Shown: one piece after another, positions 36,656 to 46,177 of the stretch
How the letters are laid out: each line of letters begins with the position of its first letter
How positions within the stretch are numbered: position 1 is the stretch's first letter
Origin: a virus
Lineage: Duplodnaviria; Caudoviricetes
Direction: 5' to 3' (one strand)
Length of the DNA: 64,000 nucleotides
IMG/VR virus record: IMGVR_UViG_3300038679_000021
Coordinates: 20,560 to 84,559 of that record
The notes under the pieces: model-generated
What the model was told of the DNA's origin: nothing
Seen by the model: the letters and a program-made list of their open reading frames with translations, nothing else
The model's database searches: none
Program-made: the position numbers and the translations under genes

Positions 36656-37576
36656 CTATTCCTCAATCTGCCACAAGCATTGGTCTGCGGATTTGTCCGT
36701 TCTCCACTGCTTGAACTGTGGGAATCGGAATTTCTTTCCGTCCCATCCAAGATGGACAAACTCAACAACTCGATTCATATAGTCGTAACCAATAGGATGC
36801 CGGTCTTCCTCTGGCAGAGGAATCCAAGCCACAAGCTTGGATTTTTTCCCTTCCCATTGTGCCACCCCGACTGTTCCTACTCTTCCGGTCTTGGTGACTT
36901 CCCCTAGATTATGCTTTTTCTCTTCCGCCACAGCAACAATAAAACCATCAGAGGTATCCTTTACCTTAATCTTCCACCCCATAGTGTGCTTCCCATAGGG
37001 TCTCGAAAGAGGTTTCAGGACGAAGCCCTCTACCTCAATAAGAGGGATAGACTCAAGCGCAGAATCCAGCATCGGCTCAGTAAACTCATCAACCACTTCT
37101 TGCGGGTGAAGCCGTACTCTTGGATGGTTTACTTCCTTGATTACACGCGCTAGAACATCTCTTCGGTGACTCAGGGAACAACTTTGAATGTCGGGGCTTC
37201 CGTTGAAGATAAGGATATCAAAGCAGACAAGTTCCTTCTCTTTATCAAGCCTACCAGCGTCCGATGCAGAAGTCCCTCCAAGAGAGCAAAACTCGCCATC
37301 CAAGACAACATCATAAGGGAGGACACATTCTTTCATCCAATCGTATGGCTCTTGGACTACGAAGGGAAGATTCTTAGAAACACTCACTCCATGAGTCTTC
37401 AGAGCCCTGCTGCGGGAAACCACAAAAAGACCAGAAGGGCCAAGTTGGAGAGTGTACCGTCGTCCATCGAGCTTGACCTCGAAACCACATTTCTCCTTAA
37501 TGGGGAGTTTTGTACGGAGATGATCCGTATTCTTCAACCTTGCAAGCTCGATGTTTAACTTGTTTCTGTAGTCCAT
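36656..37576 (-). CDS. ATP-dependent DNA ligase (minimal adenylation + OB)
   Basis: EVKLDGRR (motif I KxDG), VLDGEF, FDIL, EGFVLK, WKIK, FRFPQF. Confidence 0.9.
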   Translation of the reverse strand: MDYRNKLNIELARLKNTDHLRTKLPIKEKCGFEVKLDGRRYTLQLGPSGLFVVSRSRALKTHGVSVSKNLPFVVQEPYDWMKECVLPYDVVLDGEFCSLGGTSASDAGRLDKEKELVCFDILIFNGSPDIQSCSLSHRRDVLARVIKEVNHPRVRLHPQEVVDEFTEPMLDSALESIPLIEVEGFVLKPLSRPYGKHTMGWKIKVKDTSDGFIVAVAEEKKHNLGEVTKTGRVGTVGVAQWEGKKSKLVAWIPLPEEDRHPIGYDYMNRVVEFVHLGWDGKKFRFPQFKQWRTDKSADQCLWQIEE

Positions 37577-37581
37577 AAGAA

Positions 37582-37611
37582 ACCCTCCCCCGGAGTGCGC
37601 CGGGGGAGGGT
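37582..37611 (-). terminator. Intrinsic terminator-like hairpin
   Basis: 12-bp stem ACCCTCCCCCGG/CCGGGGGAGGGT followed by TTCTT on the minus strand. Confidence 0.65.
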
Positions 37612-37618
37612 AAGGGAA

Positions 37619-38620
37619 CTAGGCGTCGATGGACTCAACCTTCTTCTCAGGAACAGGCATCTCAGAAGTGATCGACTCGAAAATCTTCGCAGTCGCCGCA
37701 TCCTCAATGACAACCATTTCCTGCGTCCTGATTCGGAAAGGACACCGATAAGATGTCTTCATCGTGACAGGAACTGCGCTGTTGCAGACCTTGCAATGAA
37801 GCATCATGTCTTCGGCATTCGGGCTACAGCTAACCTTGAGATTAACCCTGCGGGCTCCGATGTCCTTATAGAGAACCTCTTGGACTGATCCGAAAGAGTT
37901 ACAACTATCGCAGAAGTAGTCCGTCTTCTCCATGACCTTGCCAGAGAGAAGGCACATCAGAACTTGGTCGTTGGACTGAAGTGCGATTTTCTCCAATAGG
38001 GCCATGAACGCAGTGGGATCGGGAAGCTTATCGAGAAGCAACTGCCCATCGCGAAGCGTCGTAACATGCGTCCACAGTTGCTCCACAAGGGTCTGGTGAA
38101 TCTCCTGCGTCATGGACTTGAACGCAGACATTCGATCCTCAAGCCGGGACTTGAGGCGAGCAACCGCCCGATCATGTGCGGAAACGATTCCGCCAAGACG
38201 CTCCTTCAACTCCGCATTCTCGGTGTTGAGATTGAGCTTCTTCTTAGCATACTTTTCGTGGATCGCTTCCGTGTGAACACGGACTTCCTCGTCCTCATCC
38301 GTACTGATCTGCTGAAGTGCGATCTCCAACTCACCAAGACGGCGGCGGATCGAAGTAATATCTCCGGAGTTTGCGTCCTTCAACTGATCCACAAACATCT
38401 GGATTCGTGGATTAACCTTCGTTGTAATGAAGTGGTGGAGCGTCTCAAGACGCTGACGAAGAAGGGCCTCAAGCCGCGTTCGCTCACGCGTTCCGAGCTT
38501 AATCTTCTCCTGCCTCTTGATAACTTCTTCCGTGATTTCGGCTTTGAAGGCCGCACGGATTGCGTCAATCGCGGTATTCGGGCTCGAAGGAATCATCAAA
38601 CTTACATTCTCATTCATCAC
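37619..38620 (-). CDS. Coiled-coil protein with C-terminal Cys-rich (Zn-binding) domain
   Basis: Long heptad-like helical region; CDSC...C...CKVC...C. Confidence 0.65.
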   Translation of the reverse strand: MMNENVSLMIPSSPNTAIDAIRAAFKAEITEEVIKRQEKIKLGTRERTRLEALLRQRLETLHHFITTKVNPRIQMFVDQLKDANSGDITSIRRRLGELEIALQQISTDEDEEVRVHTEAIHEKYAKKKLNLNTENAELKERLGGIVSAHDRAVARLKSRLEDRMSAFKSMTQEIHQTLVEQLWTHVTTLRDGQLLLDKLPDPTAFMALLEKIALQSNDQVLMCLLSGKVMEKTDYFCDSCNSFGSVQEVLYKDIGARRVNLKVSCSPNAEDMMLHCKVCNSAVPVTMKTSYRCPFRIRTQEMVVIEDAATAKIFESITSEMPVPEKKVESIDA

Positions 38621-38634
38621 TTTTTCCTTTGTTT

Positions 38635-38663
38635 GGAGGGGCCGGAGTTTTTCCGGCCCCTCC
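38635..38663. terminator. 12-bp stem-loop between two genes
   Basis: GGAGGGGCCGGA-N5-TCCGGCCCCTCC. Confidence 0.5.
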
Positions 38664-38672
38664 GTTGTTGTT

Positions 38673-39407
38673 TTATCCGACCGCCAACCGGGCCTTGATC
38701 TTCGGCCACATCTTCAGGATCACCGTCTCGGGAAGCTTCCAATTCTTCCGTGCGAGGGAGAGGAACTTCTTCTGCGTATTCACCTTGGCTTTCTTCGCCG
38801 CAGCCGTGGCTTCCACGAACGAAGGGGGCTTGATTGCCACTGCCTTCTTGGCAGCAGCCTTCTTCTCCGTCCGAACAAGGTCTTCCCCGGCAATCGCGGC
38901 GTCGTAATCCGCCTGATCCACGCGGATCATCTTGGCAACCCAAGTGGTGACATTGTTGGCACCAGCAGCGGAATCCTTCCCGATATCAGAGATGAAATCA
39001 GGATGGACGAAGCAGCGGAGAACCGCCTCACTCGGTCCGGGACGCGGAGGCCGAACCGCGAGGACATGGAATCCGTACTCACCGGGCGGAAGCTTTCCGC
39101 CAGTAAAGTTCGCGGCGGCGGGTTTCTTCGCGACCATGAGGCCGGGAACCCACTCGTCGTCGGCCATTGCGGAACGCAGGATCACCTTGCCGCCCTTCTT
39201 GATCCTCCGCAGCACCTTCCAGCCAGTAAGCCACTGTTGGCTTGCCATGACCGCTTCAGTGACAGGGGTGGGCTTATCCGCGCTCCCAACCGGGGCAGAG
39301 ACAGCAGGAACGGGCACGCTTGCGGGAAGCGCGGGAGGCGGCGTTGCCGGAGCTTCAGGCAACTGGCTTCGGATTTCTCGCTTCGGAACAGGATTGCTAA
39401 TGCACAT
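38673..39407 (-). CDS. Hypothetical protein with Pro/Ala-rich N-terminus and Lys/Ala-rich C-terminus (possible nucleoid-type DNA binder)
   Basis: EKKAAAKKAVA...AAAKKAK; GC3-rich codons suggest high expression. Confidence 0.6.
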   Translation of the reverse strand: MCISNPVPKREIRSQLPEAPATPPPALPASVPVPAVSAPVGSADKPTPVTEAVMASQQWLTGWKVLRRIKKGGKVILRSAMADDEWVPGLMVAKKPAAANFTGGKLPPGEYGFHVLAVRPPRPGPSEAVLRCFVHPDFISDIGKDSAAGANNVTTWVAKMIRVDQADYDAAIAGEDLVRTEKKAAAKKAVAIKPPSFVEATAAAKKAKVNTQKKFLSLARKNWKLPETVILKMWPKIKARLAVG

Positions 39408-39687
39408 GGAATATACCTTTCTGGCAGATCGGACAAACTACATTTGCTTTGTTTGTTTTTCCCTCGATGAAGATTTCGACTGCGGACCAATCGGAAAAGT
39501 AGTCTTTTAGATCATTTTGAGACATCCTCCTGTTGCAGTGACTACAGACGAGATACCAAGAACCGTCATCGGGAAGTTGGGTGTAACTCAAGAAAGAACG
39601 CATCGAAGAAGTGCGTCTATTCTTGTATTTGGGCGGGTGAAACTCAGCTAGCGCACTAGGGGTCGGATCTTTCAAAATCAGTTCCAT
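39397..39687 (-). CDS. Hypothetical Zn-ribbon protein
   Basis: CSHC and CPIC pairs. Confidence 0.55.
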   Translation of the reverse strand: MELILKDPTPSALAEFHPPKYKNRRTSSMRSFLSYTQLPDDGSWYLVCSHCNRRMSQNDLKDYFSDWSAVEIFIEGKTNKANVVCPICQKGIFHVH

Positions 39688-39744
39688 AATTCATTCTCCG
39701 TGTGCAGTATAGGTTTTCTACTCCGTGAAGTAAAGAGCAAAGTG

Positions 39745-40308
39745 TTATTTCTCACTCTTTCCTAGCCTCTTAATGGCCTCCAAGACTTCTGTATAAACCA
39801 TCCCCGAAATCTCTTGAGCAAGATGTTTAGCGAGCATCGACTTCGTATCGAAGACCCCATCACCAATGAGTTCATCTATTACGTCTTTCGGTACGCTCGT
39901 ACCAGTACTTCCAAGAAGAAAGAATTTGGATTTGAAGGTAACGTCACCAGACCCCTCGCGCTTAAACTCCAAGTCTACATGAGATACTTTTGGCAGTGAT
40001 CCAGTGGATACTCCTTCGATATCAACACTAGGATAAGAGCTAACAGAATGCGTTAGCCTAACATTACGGGCATAGTAGTAGCGTAGCTCTGGAGACAGTA
40101 GGATGATATGGGCATTCTCCCCAACCTCTCCCTTATGCACTGTGCGGGTAAAGCCATCTGCAATCGTTGCAGGTAACTCTTCCGCAGATTTCTCCAACTT
40201 CTTCTTTGCGATTTCTCTCTTTATATCGTCAAGAAGAGTTCGAACCTCGGCAGGACCATCAACCGGATGCGTTCCAGCAAATAAAACATCGTCCATACTT
40301 ACCCCCAT
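39745..40308 (-). CDS. Hypothetical protein
   Basis: 187 aa, overlaps the initiator-like gene end. Confidence 0.55.
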   Translation of the reverse strand: MGVSMDDVLFAGTHPVDGPAEVRTLLDDIKREIAKKKLEKSAEELPATIADGFTRTVHKGEVGENAHIILLSPELRYYYARNVRLTHSVSSYPSVDIEGVSTGSLPKVSHVDLEFKREGSGDVTFKSKFFLLGSTGTSVPKDVIDELIGDGVFDTKSMLAKHLAQEISGMVYTEVLEAIKRLGKSEK

Positions 40309-41162
40309 CCTTTATCCGGCCCGCCAGCGAAGCGATGTTTCGACGGGCAATTTACTTGTTTGATTAGTTCCCCAGAACGCTCGAAGATTTCCGGTGGCAA
40401 GATATCTGGCGAGACCTCATGGAGTTTTCTCAGGAAAGACTCAGTTTCCAAGAAGTTCCCGTTAAATCTCAGTTTCCGCAACTGCTTGAGGGCGTACCCC
40501 CAATCGTAAGCCCGTATAAGCACCTTCGGCTTGTAAAGCTCCAAGTACAGCGTAAGCAACTTGCTCACATAGCCGGGGTGTCTTGGTCTTGGAGGCGTAG
40601 CCTCTGCGAAATTTTTCGCAGAAAAATTTTCGCCCTTCGGTTTCTCTGGCGTCTTCTCTGTAGTACTCTCTGATTCAATGGTTCCCCCGATGGGTGAGTC
40701 AGGGGTCACTCGGCGGGTGCCCCTGTTTTCCCCGATGGGTGAGCCATGGTTTACAGAAATTTTTTCGGAGGGTATGACTTCGCTTATCTCTTCGGTTTCG
40801 TCGTCGCTATCAGTGCGAGTCGTACTATCGCTCTTTAGCAAGGCTTCCCATGCAGTGTTTACTGCCTCGAAGTTGACTTTGAAAAAGAGCCTCGCTGGCA
40901 TCCCTTTAACAGACTCTAGGATGAAGTTCTTGCGTTTTAGCTCCCTGCGGCAACGCTCTTGCTCCCTGCGAGTCAGCCCGGTTTCTTCTTCCAACTCATC
41001 TGCTGTCTTGTAGATCCAACCTTCTTTGTTGGATTGTTTACCAGACCAATAGATTAGCTGACTAAGAAACACAGACTCTTTCAACCCACCAGTAAGCCTC
41101 CCCATTTTGGGGTAAACAACAACGGGTCTTCCTAAGTCAGATAGGCATTCGGTGAGTCTCAT
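40299..41162 (-). CDS. Replication initiator/replisome organiser-like protein (N-terminal wHTH)
   Basis: FLSQLIYWSGKQ...GWIYKTADELEEETGLTRREQERCRRELK; low-complexity linker containing DNA repeats, as in lambdoid O-type genes. Confidence 0.75.
   Translation of the reverse strand: MRLTECLSDLGRPVVVYPKMGRLTGGLKESVFLSQLIYWSGKQSNKEGWIYKTADELEEETGLTRREQERCRRELKRKNFILESVKGMPARLFFKVNFEAVNTAWEALLKSDSTTRTDSDDETEEISEVIPSEKISVNHGSPIGENRGTRRVTPDSPIGGTIESESTTEKTPEKPKGENFSAKNFAEATPPRPRHPGYVSKLLTLYLELYKPKVLIRAYDWGYALKQLRKLRFNGNFLETESFLRKLHEVSPDILPPEIFERSGELIKQVNCPSKHRFAGGPDKGWG
40685..40743. repeat. 14-bp direct repeat CCCCGATGGGTGAG x2 within the initiator linker (iteron-like)
   Basis: Copies at 40685-40698 and 40730-40743. 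Confidence 0.7.
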
Positions 41163-41476
41163 CGTACCGTCTCCTTGGAAATAGTGCTTAGATTCGCTCG
41201 GAAGGTTAAACAGGCTGGAAGACCTGTTAAACCTTCAGTAATAAATCCCTTCTCCTTCAAAGTCTTTCGCACTAACTCTTGCTCTCTTCGCGTTAAGAAA
41301 GTAGCTTTTTCAATCTCATCAGCCGTCTTTCTTACCCAACCTTCGGCGTTTTCCTTTCCCCAAGAACAAAGCTGAGATAGGAAAATAGCAGCTTTTATAC
41401 TGCCTGTTAGCCTTGCTAGTTTTGGGTAAAAAGCAACTGCCTTTTCCGGGTTTAGGATTGCATCTAACTCGTTCAT
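41159..41476 (-). CDS. Short paralog of the initiator wHTH domain
   Basis: YPKLARLTGSIKAAIFLSQL...GWVRKTADEIEKATFLTRREQE aligns by eye with the N-terminus of 40299..41162. Confidence 0.8.
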   Translation of the reverse strand: MNELDAILNPEKAVAFYPKLARLTGSIKAAIFLSQLCSWGKENAEGWVRKTADEIEKATFLTRREQELVRKTLKEKGFITEGLTGLPACLTFRANLSTISKETVR

Positions 41477-41540
41477 AGATAAGCCCTCTCGATCCTGCTA
41501 GTATAGCAGGAGAAACGTTCAAAAGAAAGCAAGAACTTAT

Positions 41541-41741
41541 CTAATCTCCCCCAACCCGCAAATCCTCAACGTTTCCGAAGAGGTTTTCAAAAAGCATCAT
41601 GGCTTGCTTTCGTCCACCTTCTCCGGGAAGTCTTACAATGTGATCCCTACTGCTATCCATTGCGTCCTTCACCACACTCGGACTTTCAATGGCAGTAGAC
41701 TCTTCCGTAACTTCCGCAACTTCTTTTTCTTCGTCGCCCAT
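41541..41741 (-). CDS. Small acidic hypothetical protein
   Basis: GAGG RBS, ATG start. Confidence 0.5.
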   Translation of the reverse strand: MGDEEKEVAEVTEESTAIESPSVVKDAMDSSRDHIVRLPGEGGRKQAMMLFENLFGNVEDLRVGGD

Positions 41742-41748
41742 ATAATCC

Positions 41749-42198
41749 TCACTTGTTAAGAGACGCGAACAATGCTTGGAGTTTCAGACCTGTTGAAGAA
41801 GGAACCGTAACTTTCGGAACCGTTATTTTTGGAACAACTACAGTGACCTTTGGCGGCTCCGGAGCCTTACCAAAAGCCGATAGAAGGGAAGTCCGAGCAA
41901 CTACAGGGGCCTCTTCTCTGAGGACATTTGGTGTAGTTGGCTTGATCCTAAACCATGTGATCTCATCGAAGAAGTCGTACAGTTCCTGAGTCGGAGCCTC
42001 CGGACGGATGATGTCACGAGAGTCAATGTCGGTACGAAAACTCCTTTTCGGGTCGCGAGGATGACACTTCACTGCGAAAATAGCATGGCCTCGATGGACC
42101 ATCATCGCATAAAGTAGATCAATCTCAGTGCCACTACAAAAGATAGATGGGGCTGTTCTTGTACGAAGGTTAATCGGAGTTCTCGTCGTCAGGCTCAT
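41749..42198 (-). CDS. Hypothetical protein
   Basis: ORF in the minus-strand run; start uncertain. Confidence 0.5.
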   Translation of the reverse strand: MSLTTRTPINLRTRTAPSIFCSGTEIDLLYAMMVHRGHAIFAVKCHPRDPKRSFRTDIDSRDIIRPEAPTQELYDFFDEITWFRIKPTTPNVLREEAPVVARTSLLSAFGKAPEPPKVTVVVPKITVPKVTVPSSTGLKLQALFASLNK

Positions 42199-42448
42199 CT
42201 AGTACCTCCTTGATTCTCCGTTGTTCTGCGGCAGCATGAAACTGCCGCACTTTGGTTAGATCAAAATCGCGAGGGTTGATGCCAAACTTCTCGCATTCAA
42301 AATCAAATCTCTCTGCTACTGCTTCGTCTGATACGGATGCCTGCCTTCTTCGTATTTCCGGAATAAGCTCATCTTTCGACAAACCCGGTGGGGGTTCCTG
42401 TGGGGGTTTCATCAACGTGTATAGGTCCAGTAACCGACTCATTGCCAC
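42170..42448 (-). CDS. Hypothetical protein
   Basis: 92 aa; overlaps the HNH gene 3' end. Confidence 0.5.
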   Translation of the reverse strand: MAMSRLLDLYTLMKPPQEPPPGLSKDELIPEIRRRQASVSDEAVAERFDFECEKFGINPRDFDLTKVRQFHAAAEQRRIKEVLDEPDDENSD

Positions 42449-42902
42449 TCCTGATTCTGTTCAATTGAGCAAACCTTCCAAAATGCTTTACAGCGGCTAG
42501 ATTGTATGCGGTTGCTGCGAGTTCAGGCGATTGGAAGTTACCAAGGGAAATGCGCTTCCCATTAACTCGTATCATCGCCCGATACGTTCTCCCATCCTTG
42601 TAAACTCCTTTGTAGTCGATCATTCCGTAAACAGTATGGATGTTCTTGGCATTCTCAGATTGGGTGCATACGCGTAGATTACTCCTTCTATTATCTAGGG
42701 TGTCACCATTTACATGGTCGCAAACCATTCTTGAAGTCTCGTCCAACCCCATAAGAAAGCGGTGCATCATCGTATGTTTACCCGATGATTGCCGTATGTA
42801 GATTTGCCCGTGGCTTCTGCAAACTGTCCAGTTATGTTGCGAGATGATCTTGAAATCATCGTCGTCTATCTGAACAGCTACACCTTTGACTAGAAAGTTC
42901 AT
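42369..42902 (-). mobile_element. HNH homing endonuclease with AP2 DNA-binding domain
   Basis: CDHVNGDTLDNRRSNLRVCT (HNH); YKGV...YRAMIRVNGKRISLGNF..PELAATAYNLAAVKHFG (AP2). Confidence 0.92.
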
Positions 42903-43052
42903 ATTCGTAAAGAGGAATGGGGTTGAAGCAGGTTCGGCATGTATAACAGATATCTTGATGAAGGAGTACACCAAGACTCCCCTACCGCCCTTACCTCCGG
43001 ACGCTCCAAGTAGTTAGAGCAACCAGCCCGTACACGCTGGCCCCGGTGAGCT

Positions 43053-43541
43053 TCACTTCAACCCCATGTTTTTCAAATAGGTTTCCACATCCATTACTCG
43101 GCGAAGATCGCGAAAAAAGAAGGTTCCGTCTTCGTTGTTGACGGGCCATAGATAGCCAAGAGCAGTCGGGTCTGTCCACTGGTAACGGCTGTACCAAGGG
43201 AAGTTCTTTCGCAGAAGATTCCCGCGCATGACTGAGTGAAAGTCTGGGTGACCAACCCAAGGGGGAAGCCGGAAGGATTCTGGGAGAGAAAACTTTGGAA
43301 AGAATCTCCGCCCCGTCCTTCTGTTGATTTCGTCCACGACTTCATTGGAAAATGCCTTCAGCGCGTCGGTGAATCCGTCGAACATGACCACTGCCGGATG
43401 GTGCGTCCACCCGACATGCCTCTTTTCGAGGCTTGAGATAATGACCCGGCATTCATTCAACTGATTTCCTAAGCGTTGCGGATCGAGACACTGCGCCGAT
43501 TTCTGGAAATCAGGGTAGGGCAAAAAAACGTTCATTGTCAA
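43053..43541 (-). CDS. Pyrimidine dimer DNA glycosylase (T4 endonuclease V/DenV-like)
   Basis: MNVFLPYPDFQKSAQCLDPQRLGNQLNEC...HHPAVVMF...PPWVG...HSVMRGNLLRK. Confidence 0.85.
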   Translation of the reverse strand: MTMNVFLPYPDFQKSAQCLDPQRLGNQLNECRVIISSLEKRHVGWTHHPAVVMFDGFTDALKAFSNEVVDEINRRTGRRFFPKFSLPESFRLPPWVGHPDFHSVMRGNLLRKNFPWYSRYQWTDPTALGYLWPVNNEDGTFFFRDLRRVMDVETYLKNMGLK

Positions 43542-43569
43542 GCCCTATCGCAAACTTTCTCCTTAGCAC

Positions 43570-44022
43570 TTAAAAACTCGCGTCACATGCTGTTGATTGT
43601 GGCCTTGCAGGGTCTATAATAGCAGGTTCCGTGCCATCGCTACTCGAAGCTGAGAAGGATACGCCAGTGAGACGCCTTATGAAGGCTCCCCACTTCGCCA
43701 GAGCCTCTTTGGAAACCGAGGCGTTAAACGGGTAACAGGCATAAGCCTCATCCATTTCTGCGAGGATAGACAATGCCTCTTGGGTGCAATCGATTGCAGG
43801 TAGATTTTCCAGCCTCTTCCGCAACTCCCCTACCATCCCAAGGGCACCAATTCCAGAAGGTTGCTCATCCGGACGCCCCGCCAGTTTGGCGAGGGCTTTG
43901 AATGCCCCGAAAACTTCCGACTCCAAGTTAGCGGCTTCATCACGAAGTTCCGTGATGCGCTTCCTGATCGGAGTCGGAAGTTTCTTTGCCCGTAGAAGGG
44001 CTTGTAACTCGTGAGAGATCAT
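43570..44022 (-). CDS. Hypothetical protein
   Basis: 150 aa; overlaps neighbour. Confidence 0.5.
   Translation of the reverse strand: MISHELQALLRAKKLPTPIRKRITELRDEAANLESEVFGAFKALAKLAGRPDEQPSGIGALGMVGELRKRLENLPAIDCTQEALSILAEMDEAYACYPFNASVSKEALAKWGAFIRRLTGVSFSASSSDGTEPAIIDPARPQSTACDASF
43785..43798. promoter_or_regulatory. Palindrome TGCAATCGATTGCA (intragenic copy)
   Basis: Read directly. Confidence 0.65.
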
Positions 44023-44528
44023 ACAGGAATCTGCGGCACGGCATTCGGGACGAGAGTGAGGGTAATGTCTTCGCGCTCAGGGCTGACTTGCTCAATAGTG
44101 AGCAGCCCGTAATCTCGCTTAACGTCATCGAAAGTCCGTGTAAGGGAGTAGCGGACCCTCTTCCCCTCTTCGATGTCCCTTGCCATGGCGTCGAAGACAA
44201 TATCCTCGACTTGGACCTTCAGAACAGTTCCAGTCTTCGAGCGGGCAATAATCACTTTCATTGGGTTGATCCTTCCTGCTGATTTTAGTTCCCAAACTTT
44301 TGTTTGAAGTATTTTGTTCTTTGCTTCCGTGTCCGCAAGTTCCAGAAGAAGATTCCCAACTGTTCCGATGCTTTCGCGCGCAAGCGCACGTTCAATCTCG
44401 GAAAAAGCCTGCTTTACTCTCGCAGACATTGGCTCCCTCTGCAAGCCTGCAACAACCGTAGCACAGACGGAGAGAAGGTTCCGGACATCTCCCGAAAGCT
44501 CTCCGTACTTTTCTTGCCAGAAGTCCAT
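44019..44528 (-). CDS. Hypothetical protein
   Basis: 169 aa with GAGGAAG RBS. Confidence 0.55.
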   Translation of the reverse strand: MDFWQEKYGELSGDVRNLLSVCATVVAGLQREPMSARVKQAFSEIERALARESIGTVGNLLLELADTEAKNKILQTKVWELKSAGRINPMKVIIARSKTGTVLKVQVEDIVFDAMARDIEEGKRVRYSLTRTFDDVKRDYGLLTIEQVSPEREDITLTLVPNAVPQIPV

Positions 44529-44534
44529 ACTTCC

Positions 44535-45293
44535 TCAGATAGCTTTTGCCCAGAGGTAATCGATTGGGCTCAACTGGACATGATAAGGAAACGCCTTGAG
44601 AAGTTTGTCAGCACGAAGAACTTCTTTCCTAGTGGTAAGCTCGATCAGAACTACTTGCGTGTTCTCAAGGGTATTAGAGGCCCCTTCCAAAACCTGAATG
44701 CCATGCCCTTCTGCATCGATTTTCAGAACATCGACCACTCGATCTTCCACCATGGCATCTAAAGGATTGATACAGACACCATCTTGTTGGGTGTCTTCGC
44801 CCTTTGTAGGATAAAGAGAGGCACAGACATCTCCTGTCCCTTGAGAGTACAGATAAGCATATCGATGAGCGGCCCCCGCCGCAGCGCAGAAAACTTCGCG
44901 AGCCCCTACGCAGTACAATCGATCAGTCAATCCCGCTTGAGGTTCGATGGCCTGAACAAACGCGTTAGGGTTGATGCGAAGACACCGAAGAACAAAAGCC
45001 CCATGGTTGGCTCCAACGTCTACTATAAAGGGCTCGCTCGCTCCCCGCACTTGTTTGATCCAAATCGGAGAATCAAGCTCTCGCTCAACCATCAGGCCCC
45101 AGTGAGTAATCAGAGCCCCCGGAGTGTCTAACTCGTAGAATCCATCACGCATACGCCAACAGATTCTCCGGGTCTTGAGGTACGCCAACCGCAACGCGAG
45201 AAGGCGGCTAGTCCAGATTGGCCTATGGAGAAACTCTCTGCTAATCCCGCGCAGAGACTTCTTTATATGGTAGCGAAGAAACTCAGGTTTCAT
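44535..45293 (-). CDS. FkbM-family methyltransferase
   Basis: IVDVGANHG; AIEPQ; VDVLKIDAEGHG. Confidence 0.88.
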   Translation of the reverse strand: MKPEFLRYHIKKSLRGISREFLHRPIWTSRLLALRLAYLKTRRICWRMRDGFYELDTPGALITHWGLMVERELDSPIWIKQVRGASEPFIVDVGANHGAFVLRCLRINPNAFVQAIEPQAGLTDRLYCVGAREVFCAAAGAAHRYAYLYSQGTGDVCASLYPTKGEDTQQDGVCINPLDAMVEDRVVDVLKIDAEGHGIQVLEGASNTLENTQVVLIELTTRKEVLRADKLLKAFPYHVQLSPIDYLWAKAI

Positions 45294-46177
45294 TTGAGGC
45301 TCCACTGAGATGACGGAGGGGTGGGGGTGTAGTGCCGGGTGAAATCAGAACACCTTCGGCAAATAGCGTATTTGAATACGCCCTCTGCCAAGTCCTTTCG
45401 CACTTTCCTGAAAGGCTCCCCTTCCCAGATTTCTCTCAGACTCTTATCCTTGATGTTCCCAAACACATGGGTTTTGAAGTAGTCCACACAGCATAGCACT
45501 ACTTCTCCATCCAAAGAGATTGTCAAAGACGCTTCAGGAATCCGGCAGCTACCTGTCTTGATAGTCTCAGACTTTTCTCCTTCGGGGATAGGAACAAGAC
45601 CTCCGAAGTTTCCGAATGGAGTCCCGTGAATCTTGAACACTTCCACTGTATCGGGAAAAGCTGCGCGAATCTGCTCGATACGCTCTCGCCAGTCGAAAGA
45701 GGGCTCTTTGTCGTGTTGCGTAACGACAATGTGATACATACCTATGTCGATCAACTTCTTCGCCAAATCCATGGTAAGGTAATCACCATTCGTATGAAGC
45801 TTCGGCATCGCTCCCGGAACCGATTCCTTCGTCTTCTTTACGATATCGAGGAAGTCAGGATTCAGAAGAGGCTCACCAAATCGGTTGTATACAAGAGGTC
45901 CGATAAAGCCGTATTCCCGCAATCGCGAGCATACCAAGTCCAGCATTTCCGGCGTGATCCTTCGAGAGACAGGGGTGTACTTAGAGTTTGGGCAATGCCC
46001 ACACCTTCGATTACAAGCCGTGTTAATCTCCAAGTTGACGCTACGGAAAACATCGCGATTCCCTTGCAACTTCTGTATGAGGTTCAGGACAGGAACGCCA
46101 ATGCGGTAGGATTGCCTTCCAAGAACTCGCTTGGCGACATGAAAGCCGGTCTTGAGAATAGTTTGCGTTAAGCTCAT
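45290..46177 (-). CDS. Radical SAM protein with SPASM/twitch domain
   Basis: CNRRCGHC; FGEPLL; LHTNG; C...DGEVVLCC.D...FGNI...C..C. Confidence 0.9.
   Translation of the reverse strand: MSLTQTILKTGFHVAKRVLGRQSYRIGVPVLNLIQKLQGNRDVFRSVNLEINTACNRRCGHCPNSKYTPVSRRITPEMLDLVCSRLREYGFIGPLVYNRFGEPLLNPDFLDIVKKTKESVPGAMPKLHTNGDYLTMDLAKKLIDIGMYHIVVTQHDKEPSFDWRERIEQIRAAFPDTVEVFKIHGTPFGNFGGLVPIPEGEKSETIKTGSCRIPEASLTISLDGEVVLCCVDYFKTHVFGNIKDKSLREIWEGEPFRKVRKDLAEGVFKYAICRRCSDFTRHYTPTPPSSQWSLK

Noticed and set aside
44556-44925. Partial AATCGATT / CAATCGAT matches to the palindrome
   Set aside because: Only 8 bp match and the flanks break symmetry; expected by chance.
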